Assembly (NCBI GenBank): GCA_040905565.1
Contig: JBBDRF010000005.1
Span: 131,503-195,502, forward strand
Direction: 5' to 3'
DNA length: 64,000 nt
Source: Phycisphaeraceae bacterium
GTDB taxonomy: Bacteria; Planctomycetota; Phycisphaerae; Phycisphaerales; Zrk34
The position numbers and the translations under genes are program-made. Positions 9,846 through 20,447 of this stretch are shown here, piece by piece (positions within the stretch are counted from its first letter, which is position 1; every line of letters begins with the position of its first letter). Below the pieces are notes generated by a model. That model was not told the origin of the DNA and did no database searches. It saw only the letters and a program-made list of their open reading frames with translations.

Positions 9846-12218
9846 CTACGGATTGGAGGGCGGCCATCTGAGGTGTTGCTGCAGAAACTTGAATGTTCCC
9901 TTGCCGTGGATGGCGTGGGGGCCTGCGAACCATTCAATCTCGCAGCGCTCGCCGATGCCGAGCAGGCCCTGGTAGAGAAGCCGCGTCTGCGCAAACTCCC
10001 ATCCTACGGTCCAGTCGTCCGCCACTGTGTCGAAGTGGCCTCGCTCGACCATGAACGGCCGCGGTGCGATCAACGCCGTCATCTCCGCGTAGTTAAACGT
10101 GCTGCCAAGATCCCATTCGAAGATTTCGTACTCGCCCGTCCACATGTAGCTGCGAGGGTTGGTGGTTGATGCCACCTTGTCGATCCAGTCGTTGAAATCC
10201 GCCGAGCAGATCACCGGCCCGTACTCCGCCACCAGCGGCGGTATCCGCATCGCGCTCTTGCCACCGTAGCTGAGGCCGTAGAAGCCGATCCGATCGCCGT
10301 CCACCTCGTCCATCGTTGCCAGCCATCTGAGGATTTGCTGATGCTGCGGCACCATGACCGAAAACAGCGTGGTGCCCATGGGGTTGGCCTTGAACTGCAG
10401 GATTCGGAACGAGTCACCGACGGGGCCCATGTACAGGTTCTGCGGCGAGAATGTGATGAAGCCTCGTTCGGCTAGTTTTGTCGCGAACGCCTTGTATGCT
10501 GAGTATTTGTCGTCGCCGATCAGATCTTGCGGCCGGCCCATGAGTCCGTGCTGACAGACCACCACCGGCCGCTGCTCTCCATCCGCGATATCGTTTGGCA
10601 CGATCAGTAAGCCGTAGGCGATCACATCCTCAAACACGTCGAGTACAACCTCGTACCGCGTCCACTTTTCGGTCCGTTCATCCAGCCTCGTCCGTGCGTT
10701 CGGTGGAAGCAGTGGTAGGTCGAAGTGGCCGATTACCTGCTCGCGAAACTCCCGGCGCAACGGCTCGATCGAACGCTGATACGCCTCGACGGATTCGGTG
10801 TCAAATCGGCTCCACACGGCATCCTGTCTGACCGAGTGGCTCCGCCGAAGCAAATCCTGGTAGTGGCGATCCAACTCGTACATCAGCGTCAACTGTCGTT
10901 CGCGCGGATCGAAGTCGGCTCGATTGTCGCGTGGCAATGGCCCGGCTGGACGCAACTGCATGCCCAATGGTTGCAGAAATCTCGACAGCGCGACTTGCGT
11001 TCCAAACGGACCCGCGCCGGCGCTGCCGCTCACGACCAGATCCGGTGACCAGCCCACAACCTCCTCATTGACCATCAGCCCGGTCATCAGTTCCGCCGTC
11101 CGCGTCACTTCTTCCTTCACCGCCACCAGCGTTGGCGTTCGCAGTTCGCCCGGCTTGCCTTTGCCGCCCTCAAGCAGCAAATGCGGTGCTTCGGCCGCCT
11201 CGATAACCAATGTTCGTCCCGCAAGGAGCGTCGCCACCTCAGCATCGCCGAACATCGTGAGCAAATCCCAGACGTTGCGGTCAGCCGGCTCCTGCCACAT
11301 CGCTTCGCGAGGCCCGAAGTACCCACTGACACCCACCGCGTCTATTCGCTCATCTACCGCCCCGGCATACAAAGCGATGCGTCCCCCTTCGCCCCAGCCG
11401 AACACGCCCACCGGCGTTTTGGCCGGCTCGCTCTTCGCCCAGTCCACCAGCGCCAGCACTGCCTGAATCTCCGTGCCTACCAGCGTGCGTCCCAACTGAT
11501 ATGCCGAACGATGAAGAAACTCGCGGCTGGTGATCGTGGCGGAACGGCCGCGATCACCGGGCACCTTGTCGCCTTGCGTCCCGCGATTCACAAGCAGCGG
11601 CACCACCACGCGTACGCCGCTTTCCGCCAGCCGCCTTGCAAACTGCGATTCACCGGCCACGCCTTCCGAAAGGCCCGCGATCTGTTCCGGTGTCTGGTCG
11701 GCGTCCGGTATCGCAATCACCACAGGTCCGCTGGTTGCCTTCTCACCGATCGGTCTCAGCATCAGCCCGGACGCGTGCACGTCGCCCACCGTAGGCCACC
11801 TCAGTTCCAGCACTTCGTAAGTTGCGGCGCCGTCCTCACCGCCACCGCCCCGCGCGATTACCTGCGACTCAACCGCCAGCGATTGGGTCACGATCTGCGG
11901 GTGTGAAAATTCACGCCGCGCGTCACGCAGTCCCAGAATGTAGCGTAACCGTTCGCGGTTCGGCTGTACCGATTGTGCGTGCGCTGCCACGCTGCTCAGG
12001 TCGCGCTGCCAGTACTGGTCACGTTGCTGTGCCGTCTGGTCAAGCTGCCGCATGACAAACTTATCTACTCCGCTCAGCAGCTTCGCCGCGATGTCGCCCT
12101 CTATTGTCAGTGCCTGCGTTCCGGGGATTCTTTCGAGGGGCTCCGCTGCCATCGCAGGTTTCACGGCACACGCCGTTACACTAACCACAATCACCAAGGA
12201 CAAAATCGATCGTTTCAT
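9846..12218 (-). CDS. Secreted double alpha/beta-hydrolase (dienelactone hydrolase/acetylxylan esterase-like)
   Basis: Signal peptide; two hydrolase repeats, GWGEGG (degenerate) and GLSYGG; C-terminal His. Confidence 0.8.
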   Translation of the reverse strand: MKRSILSLVIVVSVTACAVKPAMAAEPLERIPGTQALTIEGDIAAKLLSGVDKFVMRQLDQTAQQRDQYWQRDLSSVAAHAQSVQPNRERLRYILGLRDARREFSHPQIVTQSLAVESQVIARGGGGEDGAATYEVLELRWPTVGDVHASGLMLRPIGEKATSGPVVIAIPDADQTPEQIAGLSEGVAGESQFARRLAESGVRVVVPLLVNRGTQGDKVPGDRGRSATITSREFLHRSAYQLGRTLVGTEIQAVLALVDWAKSEPAKTPVGVFGWGEGGRIALYAGAVDERIDAVGVSGYFGPREAMWQEPADRNVWDLLTMFGDAEVATLLAGRTLVIEAAEAPHLLLEGGKGKPGELRTPTLVAVKEEVTRTAELMTGLMVNEEVVGWSPDLVVSGSAGAGPFGTQVALSRFLQPLGMQLRPAGPLPRDNRADFDPRERQLTLMYELDRHYQDLLRRSHSVRQDAVWSRFDTESVEAYQRSIEPLRREFREQVIGHFDLPLLPPNARTRLDERTEKWTRYEVVLDVFEDVIAYGLLIVPNDIADGEQRPVVVCQHGLMGRPQDLIGDDKYSAYKAFATKLAERGFITFSPQNLYMGPVGDSFRILQFKANPMGTTLFSVMVPQHQQILRWLATMDEVDGDRIGFYGLSYGGKSAMRIPPLVAEYGPVICSADFNDWIDKVASTTNPRSYMWTGEYEIFEWDLGSTFNYAEMTALIAPRPFMVERGHFDTVADDWTVGWEFAQTRLLYQGLLGIGERCEIEWFAGPHAIHGKGTFKFLQQHLRWPPSNP

Positions 12219-12368
12219 GCCGCTGACCTTTCTGGAATTGCCATGCTGCTCTTTCCGTCATTGTGCAATAGACGCTGCTATTGCGATAGCAAAATCGTGC
12301 GAGCCCCGCGTATGCCGAACTGGTTAAACTGGTAGGTCGCATCTTTACGCAAACCAGCGAGGTAAACT

Positions 12369-15300
12369 ATGCGTTACGACAGGTTGAAGCAGCGGCGTCC
12401 GAAGTGTTGCGCGCCGCCGTGCCGACGTAAAACTCGAGCGATTGCAGTGATCTGCGTTGCGAGCCTTGCCCTGGCGGCGGCTTCGCTTGGCGGAGAAGTC
12501 GCCGCAAATCCTGGCTGGCGACAACTCCAGGTGCCAGGCGACTGGCGGGAAGTCGGCGACGGTGAACTGGCAAATCACGACGGGTTTGGTTGGTACCGCT
12601 GCTACGTCCAGATCCCGGAAAATTGGGCGCGACGCTGGGAGTTGACGCTTTCCATCGAGCAGTTGGCCAACGCCTACGAAGTTTACTTCAACGGTGAGCG
12701 TGTCGCGGCAGCGGGCGCTTTTCCGCCCGATTACGCCGACGCATTTGGCGAAGCGCACCGTCATACGATTCCCGCGGAGCTGGTGCGCCGAGGCGAGCGC
12801 AACATGATCGCGCTGCGGGTCTACAGCCCCGAAGGTCCTGCGGGGCTCGTTGGGCGCGCGCCTGCACTTACAGACTACAATCGCGAAATCGTCCTTCAGG
12901 GCCCCTGGCAGTTTCATGCAGGCGACGACCCGGCATGGGCTGAAGAACCCGAACAGCCAGATCTGGTGCCGGAGTTTGCCGAAGTCGTCGCCGCCACGCA
13001 GGTGCGTGCCGCGCCGTCGGTTTACCTGCCCGGTGCTTCCCTTCCGCCGGATGAATCCCACGCCGCGATTGAGCATTCCGAGGATATTGCCGTCGATCTT
13101 GTGCTTGCCGATCCGATCATCGAGCAGCCTCTGCATATGAGCTTCGATGAACGTGGTCGCCTGTGGGTGGTGGAGTATCGTCAATATCCCTATCCCGCCG
13201 GGCTGCGGATGGTGAGTCGCGATATCTACTGGCGTGCTGTGTGGGAGCCGGACCTGCCGCCGCCTCCTTATGACGACGGCTCGCCCTTCCAAGGCCGCGA
13301 CCGCATCACGGTCCATGAAGACACCACTGGCGACGGCGCCTATGACTCGCATGAAACATTCGTCGACGGCCTGAACATCACCACTGCCGTGGCGCACGGC
13401 CGCGGGGGTGTCTGGGTACTTAGCCCGCCGCACCTGCTTTTTTACCCTGTCGATGACGACGGCACCACGATCACGGGGCCGCCCGAAGTTCACCTGCAGG
13501 GCTTCGGCCTGGAAGACACGCACTCCGTCGCCAACAGCCTTACGTGGGGACCGGATGGCTGGCTCTATGCCGCCCAGGGTAGCACCGTCTCCGGCAATGT
13601 CCGCAGGCCCGACCAGAACGACGAAGAGGCGACCTATTCCATGGGCCAGAACATCTGGCGCTATCACCCCGAATCACGCCGCTATGAGATTTTTGCGGAG
13701 GGTGGCGGCAACGCGTTCGGCGTAGAAATCGACGCCAAAGGGCGCACCTTCTCCGGCCACAACGGCGGCGACACACGCGGCTTCCACTACGTACAGGGCG
13801 GCTACTCCGTCAAAGGCTTCGGCAAGCACGGTCCGTTATCAAATCCCTACACGTTCGGTCATTTCCCCGCCATGTCCCACGGCCCCGTGCCCCGCTTCAC
13901 CCACACGTTCCTTATCTACGAAGCGGACAACCTGCCCGATCACTACAGCGGCAATCTGCTCGGCCTCGAACCGATGCAGGGGCAAGTCGTTCACACACGC
14001 CTTCATCAGGAGGGTTCCACCTTCCGCACTGAAGATCTGGAACGACCCATCCGCAGCAACGATGTCGCCTTTCGACCGGTCGATATCAAACTCGCGCCGG
14101 ACGGGTCAGTTTACATCGCCGATTTCTACAGCGCTCACATCGCCCACGGTGAGAACTACGAAGGCTACCTGAACCGCGAGGCTGGCCGCATCTACCGCAT
14201 GCGTCATCGTGATGCGGAACCGCGCCACGTCGATCTCGCCGGCCGATCAGCCGATGAGCTGGTCGATCTGCTGGACCACGAAAATCGCTGGATTCGCAAG
14301 ACCGCCCTGAGGCTGCTGGGCGACCGTCGTGATCAGGCCATCATTCCGCGGCTGAGCGATCTGCTTGAGCAGAGCACCGGGCAACTGGCCCTTGAAGCTT
14401 TGTGGGCGCTGCATCTGAGCGGCGGGTTTGATGATGAACGCGCGGCCAGTGCGCTGACCCATGCTGATGCGCACGTCCGCCGCTGGGCCGTCCGACTGCT
14501 CGGCGATGAAGGCAAGCCGCTGCAAGAAGCCCTTGCAAGCCGACTCGCCCAGTTGGCTGTCGAGGAAGATGACGTCGAAGTGCGAAGTCAGCTTGCGAGC
14601 ACCGCCCGGCGTCTCTCGGCCGAGCAGGCTGTGGCGATCGTGAAGGGTTTGATTACCCACGACAGTGACGCGACTGATGCGCACCTGCCCCTGCTGATCT
14701 GGTGGGCGCTTGAGGCTCACGCCGGTCCGGAGTCGCGGTCTGCTGTGCTGGCGATGTTCGAAACGCGTGAAGTGTGGGATCGGCCGTTGGTGGTTGATCA
14801 CTTGCTCGGCCGTGTGATGCGCCGTCTGGCCGCGACGGGGCGGCGGTCGGACCTGCTGGCGGGCGCTCAACTGTTCCGTCTCGCGCCGGACCGCGAACGC
14901 AGTTTGAAGTTGATGGAGGGATTGGAGCGTGCGTTTGAGAATCGCACCGTCGCCGGACTGCCCCAGGAACTGGTGGAGGCGATCGCCGATGCGGGCGTTG
15001 CCTCGCGCGTGCTCCAGGTGCGCCAGGGGGATCGCAAAGCGACCGCCGAAGCGCTGGCGATTCTTGCTGACTCCCAAGCTCCGGTGCAGCAGCGCCTCGG
15101 CTACGCGCGTCTTTTCGGCGAGGTTGACGAGCCCCGCAGCGTGCCCGGTTTGCTCAAGATTGCTGCCGAGGCTGAGTCGATCGAACTGCGCACCGTGGCG
15201 CTGGCGTCGCTGCGGACCTACTCGGAGGCGCGAATTGGGGAGCGTGTCGTCGCCATTTACAATGACCTGCCAGTGGAACTGCTTTCGGCGGCACACGCGC

Positions 15301-15944
15301 TGCTGACAACACGATCGTCGTGGTCGCTGCACTGGCTGGAAGCGATTGACGCCGGCCGCATCCAAGCCGATGACATACCCGCCGACGTAGTTGAGGCGAT
15401 GCGGCTGCATGAAGATGAAGCCGTCACGGCCTTGCTGCGTCAGCATTTTATCGACAAGCACGCCGCGCCCGCCGAGCACGTCCGCGAGGAGATGCAGCGA
15501 CTCGCTGATGTTGTGCAGGCAGGCGAGGGCGACCCCTACGTCGGGCTGCCGATTTACGCCGCACGTTGTGCCGCCTGCCACACGATGTTCGGCAAAGGCA
15601 ATGACATCGGCCCCGACCTCACCAGCTATCAGCGTAACGACCTGCACGCCCTGCTGCGAAGCATCGTCGATCCCAATGCCGATGTTCGTGACGGCTACGA
15701 AGGCGTCATCATCACCACCACGGATGGTCGCTCGATGACGGGTTTCCTCGCCGACCAAGACGACGACACGCTTGTTGTCCGAGGCCTTGACGGGCAGGAC
15801 GTCGCCCTCACGCTTGATCAGATCGCGGACCGCCGCCCGCTCGGCCGTTCCTTAATGCCGGAGAATCTGCTCACCGGACTCAGCGATCAGCAGGTCCGTG
15901 ATCTGTTAGCGTTCCTCCGAAGCCGGCAGCCGATTTCACCGTGA
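12369..15944 (+). CDS. PVC-type membrane-bound dehydrogenase-like protein (jelly-roll, beta-propeller, HEAT repeats, c-type heme); start uncertain
   Basis: FDERGRLWV, WGPDGWLY, FRPVD, HEAT repeats, CAACH, IGPDLT, SLMPE. Confidence 0.88.
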   Translation: MRYDRLKQRRPKCCAPPCRRKTRAIAVICVASLALAAASLGGEVAANPGWRQLQVPGDWREVGDGELANHDGFGWYRCYVQIPENWARRWELTLSIEQLANAYEVYFNGERVAAAGAFPPDYADAFGEAHRHTIPAELVRRGERNMIALRVYSPEGPAGLVGRAPALTDYNREIVLQGPWQFHAGDDPAWAEEPEQPDLVPEFAEVVAATQVRAAPSVYLPGASLPPDESHAAIEHSEDIAVDLVLADPIIEQPLHMSFDERGRLWVVEYRQYPYPAGLRMVSRDIYWRAVWEPDLPPPPYDDGSPFQGRDRITVHEDTTGDGAYDSHETFVDGLNITTAVAHGRGGVWVLSPPHLLFYPVDDDGTTITGPPEVHLQGFGLEDTHSVANSLTWGPDGWLYAAQGSTVSGNVRRPDQNDEEATYSMGQNIWRYHPESRRYEIFAEGGGNAFGVEIDAKGRTFSGHNGGDTRGFHYVQGGYSVKGFGKHGPLSNPYTFGHFPAMSHGPVPRFTHTFLIYEADNLPDHYSGNLLGLEPMQGQVVHTRLHQEGSTFRTEDLERPIRSNDVAFRPVDIKLAPDGSVYIADFYSAHIAHGENYEGYLNREAGRIYRMRHRDAEPRHVDLAGRSADELVDLLDHENRWIRKTALRLLGDRRDQAIIPRLSDLLEQSTGQLALEALWALHLSGGFDDERAASALTHADAHVRRWAVRLLGDEGKPLQEALASRLAQLAVEEDDVEVRSQLASTARRLSAEQAVAIVKGLITHDSDATDAHLPLLIWWALEAHAGPESRSAVLAMFETREVWDRPLVVDHLLGRVMRRLAATGRRSDLLAGAQLFRLAPDRERSLKLMEGLERAFENRTVAGLPQELVEAIADAGVASRVLQVRQGDRKATAEALAILADSQAPVQQRLGYARLFGEVDEPRSVPGLLKIAAEAESIELRTVALASLRTYSEARIGERVVAIYNDLPVELLSAAHALLTTRSSWSLHWLEAIDAGRIQADDIPADVVEAMRLHEDEAVTALLRQHFIDKHAAPAEHVREEMQRLADVVQAGEGDPYVGLPIYAARCAACHTMFGKGNDIGPDLTSYQRNDLHALLRSIVDPNADVRDGYEGVIITTTDGRSMTGFLADQDDDTLVVRGLDGQDVALTLDQIADRRPLGRSLMPENLLTGLSDQQVRDLLAFLRSRQPISP

Positions 15945-15956
15945 GCATAGTTTGCG

Positions 15957-16341
15957 AATGTGCAGGTTCGGTACGTCGCAGCGACGGCACTGGGCGTCCT
16001 TCGCGCCGAAGCAGCGGCGGAAGATATTGAACGCGTGGTGCGGACCGATGCCGATGCTTTGGCACGTTCGGCAGCGGTTGTGGCGCTGGGCCAGATCGAA
16101 TCCGAGTCTTCCGTGGAGCTGCTGCAGGAGACAGTTTGAGCAGGCGAATGTGGCGGTGGCGACGATCGAATGTCACGACCTGTACCGCAGCCGGGCGATG
16201 GTGGGCAAGGAGGCGGATCCGAAATACTGGTTCGCCGACGAATCGTTCCAGCAAGCGTACATAAGCAAGATCTGGTGGCGGCGACAGGCCTTCCATCAAG
16301 CAGGTGCTCGAGATGATTCAGGAAGAGCAGTTCGAATTTGA
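15957..16341 (+). pseudogene. Fragments of a HEAT-repeat (probably plus redoxin-like) protein
   Basis: NVQVRYVAATALGVLRA...ARSAAVVALGQI in one frame without a start; second piece ECHDLYR...KYWF in another frame. Confidence 0.5.
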
Positions 16342-16474
16342 GCATCCTCGACGCCTGAAACGCGAGTGAGCTTTGTTACAAGGCCTGGTCGAGGTGGTGC
16401 GACGTACAGTTGCGTTTTCGTTGCCGGTGGTGACCGTCTGGGTATGGCTTCAGGCCGGCGGTGATCCGTCGTGC

Positions 16475-17962
16475 TTACTCGATTCCGATGGGGTTTCCGT
16501 CGAGATCGGGATCGATGGCGATGCCCAGGTGCTTAAGCACAGTGGGAACGACGTCGACGATGTAGGTTTGCCGCGGGCTGATGCGGTTGTGGGCTGCGTC
16601 ACCGCTGACGAGAAGGAATCCATGAAGGATTTCGGGCACGTCGTGGCCGCCGCTGTGGCCTGTGCCGTAACCGCCGTGATCGGTGGTGATGACAATGATC
16701 CAGTCTTCCTCGTCGAATGTGGGGCGGCTTTCGATGGCGTCGACGATGCGGCCGACGTGGCGGTCAAAATTCTCGATGGCGTTCATGTATTCCGGCTGCT
16801 CAATGCTGAAGCCGAAGCCGTGGCCTGCGGAATCGGTCTGGTGCAGATAGACCCATGCCGCGGTGGGATCCGTCTCGGCGAGCAGTTTCACGGCTTCGTC
16901 GGTGACGGCGATATCGGTGGTCTCTTCGCGCTCCATGCGATCGGCCTGCGTGGGGGGATTCACGTAAAGGCGTACGCGGTTGTCAGTGTGCAGTTCGAGG
17001 TTCAGGTGGCCGGCCGAGGCGTCGCCGAAGTTGCCCATGAGGATGTTGCGGCCTTCGTCGGTGGTGCGGAACGCGGCGGCGACGGTGAAATCGCCTTGCG
17101 TCAGGTTCGACAGCGGCGGCTCGATCGGCTTTCTGTCGCGTTCGAGCGGCCCGTCGATGGCCAGCGCCGCCCCGTCACCCTCACCTGCCGCTCGACCCTC
17201 GGCTACATCACCGATCTCAGGCTCACTCAAAGCTCGGTCCCAGAGGCGGACGCCGCGCAGCTCACCGTCGAACTGCATGCTCCCGTTGCGAGCATCGCGG
17301 CCGACGTGATAAACCTCGCCCTGGAGATCGAAGCCGCCGGCCGTGTCGCGGGCGGAGGCGACCTTCTTCCCGTTGAGGTAGAGGTGGATCATCTCACCAC
17401 GGCGCATGCCAAGCAGGTGATGCCATTCGCCGTCACGTGTATTGACGCCGACCTCGCCAGCCGACACGTTCAGGTCAACCGTGCCGGCGCCGGCGAGGGG
17501 GAAGAAGTGGCGGACGTCGGCGGCGGACACGATGTAGCGATCGATCGGGTTCCAGGTGGCGACGATCGAGATGGTCTTCGCGTCGGGGTCGGCGGCCTTG
17601 ATGCGTTCGAAGAAGTGCGGGTACTGCTCGTAGTTTCGACCCGCGAAGCTGTTGTCGTGGACGCCATGTTTGTCGGCCCACACGCCGGTCTGAATGCTCG
17701 ACCAGCCCGGGCCGCTGATTGTGTCATTCTCGCGATAGCGTTCGCCGAGAATCAGGCAGCGGGGGTCGAAGGTGCCGTTGGAGATGAGGCGGTTGATGTT
17801 GGGCGTCTCGGCGACGATCAACGCGTCGGGCCGTACGCCGTCGGCGCCGATCACGATCGCCTTGGCAACGCGGCCTTCGGCGTGTGTGTTGGAGGCGAAG
17901 CAAGCGGCAAGCATGAGAGCGGCAATCGCCGCCAATCCGACGCGGTGCGCGAGTCGAGCCAT
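16475..17962 (-). CDS. Alkaline phosphatase-superfamily nucleotide pyrophosphatase/phosphodiesterase with LamG insert
   Basis: IGADGVR, TISGPGW, DSAGH and TTDHGG; LamG motifs WHH, LYLNG, RALS. Confidence 0.85.
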   Translation of the reverse strand: MARLAHRVGLAAIAALMLAACFASNTHAEGRVAKAIVIGADGVRPDALIVAETPNINRLISNGTFDPRCLILGERYRENDTISGPGWSSIQTGVWADKHGVHDNSFAGRNYEQYPHFFERIKAADPDAKTISIVATWNPIDRYIVSAADVRHFFPLAGAGTVDLNVSAGEVGVNTRDGEWHHLLGMRRGEMIHLYLNGKKVASARDTAGGFDLQGEVYHVGRDARNGSMQFDGELRGVRLWDRALSEPEIGDVAEGRAAGEGDGAALAIDGPLERDRKPIEPPLSNLTQGDFTVAAAFRTTDEGRNILMGNFGDASAGHLNLELHTDNRVRLYVNPPTQADRMEREETTDIAVTDEAVKLLAETDPTAAWVYLHQTDSAGHGFGFSIEQPEYMNAIENFDRHVGRIVDAIESRPTFDEEDWIIVITTDHGGYGTGHSGGHDVPEILHGFLLVSGDAAHNRISPRQTYIVDVVPTVLKHLGIAIDPDLDGNPIGIE

Positions 17963-18035
17963 CGGTGCGCCTTTCATAGTGAACCCTTCGGCATTGTCAT
18001 GCAACTCATCCGGAAAACTGGTTGATAAAGGCCAG

Positions 18036-20114
18036 TCAGCTCGCTTGCTGCGGCACCGGCCAAGGGGCGAGGCATGCTCTCTCGGCAAGACGGTAGCCGA
18101 GTTCGCGGTATGCTTCGAAGCAGTCCTCACGAAAGAACTGGTTGGACGTGGGGGTGTCGGGAAAAGCTGGATCCGAGCGGCGGTAGCCGTAGATGTCCTC
18201 GGGCAACCCGCTGACGACGCACGTCTTGATGTACAGGATCACGCCCTCGGATTTTTCGCCGGATTCCAGAGGCAGGTAGCGAACGCGGCCGATGACGAAG
18301 GAGCTTTCGGAGATGCGGTGCTCACCGCGTGGCCGCAGAGGCCTGGGATCAATCTCAACGGCGGCACCGAAATCTAGACGCACGCGCTGCACCAGATTGG
18401 ACAGGTCCTTGAACTGCCAGTCCGGATCGGCACCGGCATCCAGGATGATGATCAAGCGGCAGCGGCGCCGGATCAATTCGTACGCACCGAGATTTTCGAA
18501 GTGGCCGCCGTCCGTCAGGTGGACGTGTTCGGCGTCCTCACTGAGGCCCGACATAGGCCCGACACGCCCGAGCATGGCGCTCAGCGCATAGCTATAGCCG
18601 ACATTTGCAGGGTTTTTAGAGGTGGCGAACCGGGGGTTGCGGACCCAGTAGCCGATGGAAAGGTTCAAAAGAGTCATCAGGATCGCCGCCGTGCGGGCGC
18701 GGAGGAACCGCGTGTGCGAAGCGACGGCAGCGCCCGAAACCGCGCACGCGGTAGCCAGGTCAAGCCCGCCGCCCTGGTACCATTTTGTGGAGCGATACCC
18801 GGTGGCCCGCGAGCCGCAGTAAAGGGGGCTCAGAAGGAAATTTTCGCCACAGCGGAGCCGCAGTGTCGGATTGTCCGAATCAACCGTGACCATGTTCACG
18901 TTCAATAGGTGATACGGCCCCCCATCCGCCCCCACAAGGTCGTGCAGCCAAAGCTTCTCGGGGTTTTCATTCCGGCATAGCACACGCGGCATGAACGCGT
19001 CTCTCAGCCGGTCGCGATAGAAACGGAGCATCGAGACCTGGTTGATGTCCACCAGCACCCACAAAGCGAGAGTGATCAGCAGGAGGATCAGCAAACCTAA
19101 ACCTGCCCAGGAGATCAGCGGCGGGAAAGCGGTCGCCTGCCAATACAGGACAAGCAGGACGCCGTAGACCGCCAGGAACAACCCGAGGTAGAGAAGCAGT
19201 CCGCGTGCCCCCTTGGTCTCGTCACTCCCAAGCGCCCGCCAGCGGCTCAGGGCAATGAGCGCCACGCCGGACGTTCCCGTCACCACGCCCGGCTCGAGCA
19301 GCGAGAGCATAAGTCGATGCACCTGGGGCAGCAGACCCACGCCCATCAGCATCACGCCCGCCATGAGTAGCCGCCCCTGCCAACCATCCCAAGTGTTGCG
19401 ACGATTCGGCGTCGGCGGCCACCGGCCGGAAAGACCGCCCTGAACGAGGTACCACGCCAGCAACAAGGCCCCCGCGACTAAGGCCAAATAGAAACATGCC
19501 GCGAACGCCCATGGCACGTGCTGCTGAACGATCACGAGAACCGCAAAAACCGGCAACAGGAACACCAGCAGACTTATGACCGCCCCGCGGACGATGGCGG
19601 AGAGCAAGGCCCAGCGTGTCAGCGGCGGATGGGGCGCCAGGTACTCTCCGTGCTGCCGAAGCCAGCCGACGGTATCTGCTGGTCCGGGCGCTTGCGAGCC
19701 AGCGGCACATGCCACGCCGTTCTGGCGTGGCGTAAGCGTCAGGCGGTGATCGGCGCGTGTCCGCCCGAAGGGATAAGGCACGTTCAGGCGGGTCATCAGC
19801 CAAGTCAGGCTCGAACCGATAAAACCGCCGCCCGATACGGTCGAGAGATAATCGACACGCTCGAGGACGCGATAACGCTGAAGGGCCTGCAACACGCCCA
19901 GGTTGAACGTCGACGAACGTATCCCTCCCCCCGAGAGAGCCAGCCCGACCCGCTCGCCATCTTCGACCAGCGCAGGAGCGTCAGTCCGCTTCGATCGCTT
20001 TTTCAGCCACTCATCCTCATCGTGCAGCACCTTCGTGTCATCCGAGGCCCTGTCGGACTCGCTTGAATGCAAGGCTTCGCCTCGTGACTCTCGTTCTGCC
20101 TGAGATAAATTCAT
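18036..20114 (-). CDS. Membrane patatin/cPLA2-like phospholipase
   Basis: GLALSGGGIRS, STVSGGG, LTDGGHFEN; central TM bundle. Confidence 0.85.
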   Translation of the reverse strand: MNLSQAERESRGEALHSSESDRASDDTKVLHDEDEWLKKRSKRTDAPALVEDGERVGLALSGGGIRSSTFNLGVLQALQRYRVLERVDYLSTVSGGGFIGSSLTWLMTRLNVPYPFGRTRADHRLTLTPRQNGVACAAGSQAPGPADTVGWLRQHGEYLAPHPPLTRWALLSAIVRGAVISLLVFLLPVFAVLVIVQQHVPWAFAACFYLALVAGALLLAWYLVQGGLSGRWPPTPNRRNTWDGWQGRLLMAGVMLMGVGLLPQVHRLMLSLLEPGVVTGTSGVALIALSRWRALGSDETKGARGLLLYLGLFLAVYGVLLVLYWQATAFPPLISWAGLGLLILLLITLALWVLVDINQVSMLRFYRDRLRDAFMPRVLCRNENPEKLWLHDLVGADGGPYHLLNVNMVTVDSDNPTLRLRCGENFLLSPLYCGSRATGYRSTKWYQGGGLDLATACAVSGAAVASHTRFLRARTAAILMTLLNLSIGYWVRNPRFATSKNPANVGYSYALSAMLGRVGPMSGLSEDAEHVHLTDGGHFENLGAYELIRRRCRLIIILDAGADPDWQFKDLSNLVQRVRLDFGAAVEIDPRPLRPRGEHRISESSFVIGRVRYLPLESGEKSEGVILYIKTCVVSGLPEDIYGYRRSDPAFPDTPTSNQFFREDCFEAYRELGYRLAERACLAPWPVPQQAS

Positions 20115-20447
20115 ACGCCATTCCTGTGCGACCGTCGGAAGCGATGGCATGCCGATCCTGTCGCCGATTCTCAAGATAGAAGCCTACCGCCCAGAGCAGT
20201 GAGCGCCCAGCCACGGGTGCCGTGGCGCAGTCGCTTCACGAGTCGCATCACGCGGCGGGCCTGCCCGCCAGCGACGCCATCCGCCGGCGGCTTTGCCAAG
20301 CGAAAGCCCTCGTTCAACGAGCTTGCTCCCGTGAGCCATGATTTCGTGCCGTTGCCCTGAGCCCTCGGCGATGCGGAACCATTTACCCTCCGCGCTTCGC
20401 GTGTACGATACACGGACTACGTTTCATTTATGACTGAGGAACCGTTG

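Noticed and set aside
3453..18025. Long antisense ORFs (3453-4964, 14247-15758, 16373-18025)
   Set aside because: Shadow frames of well-supported genes in high-GC DNA
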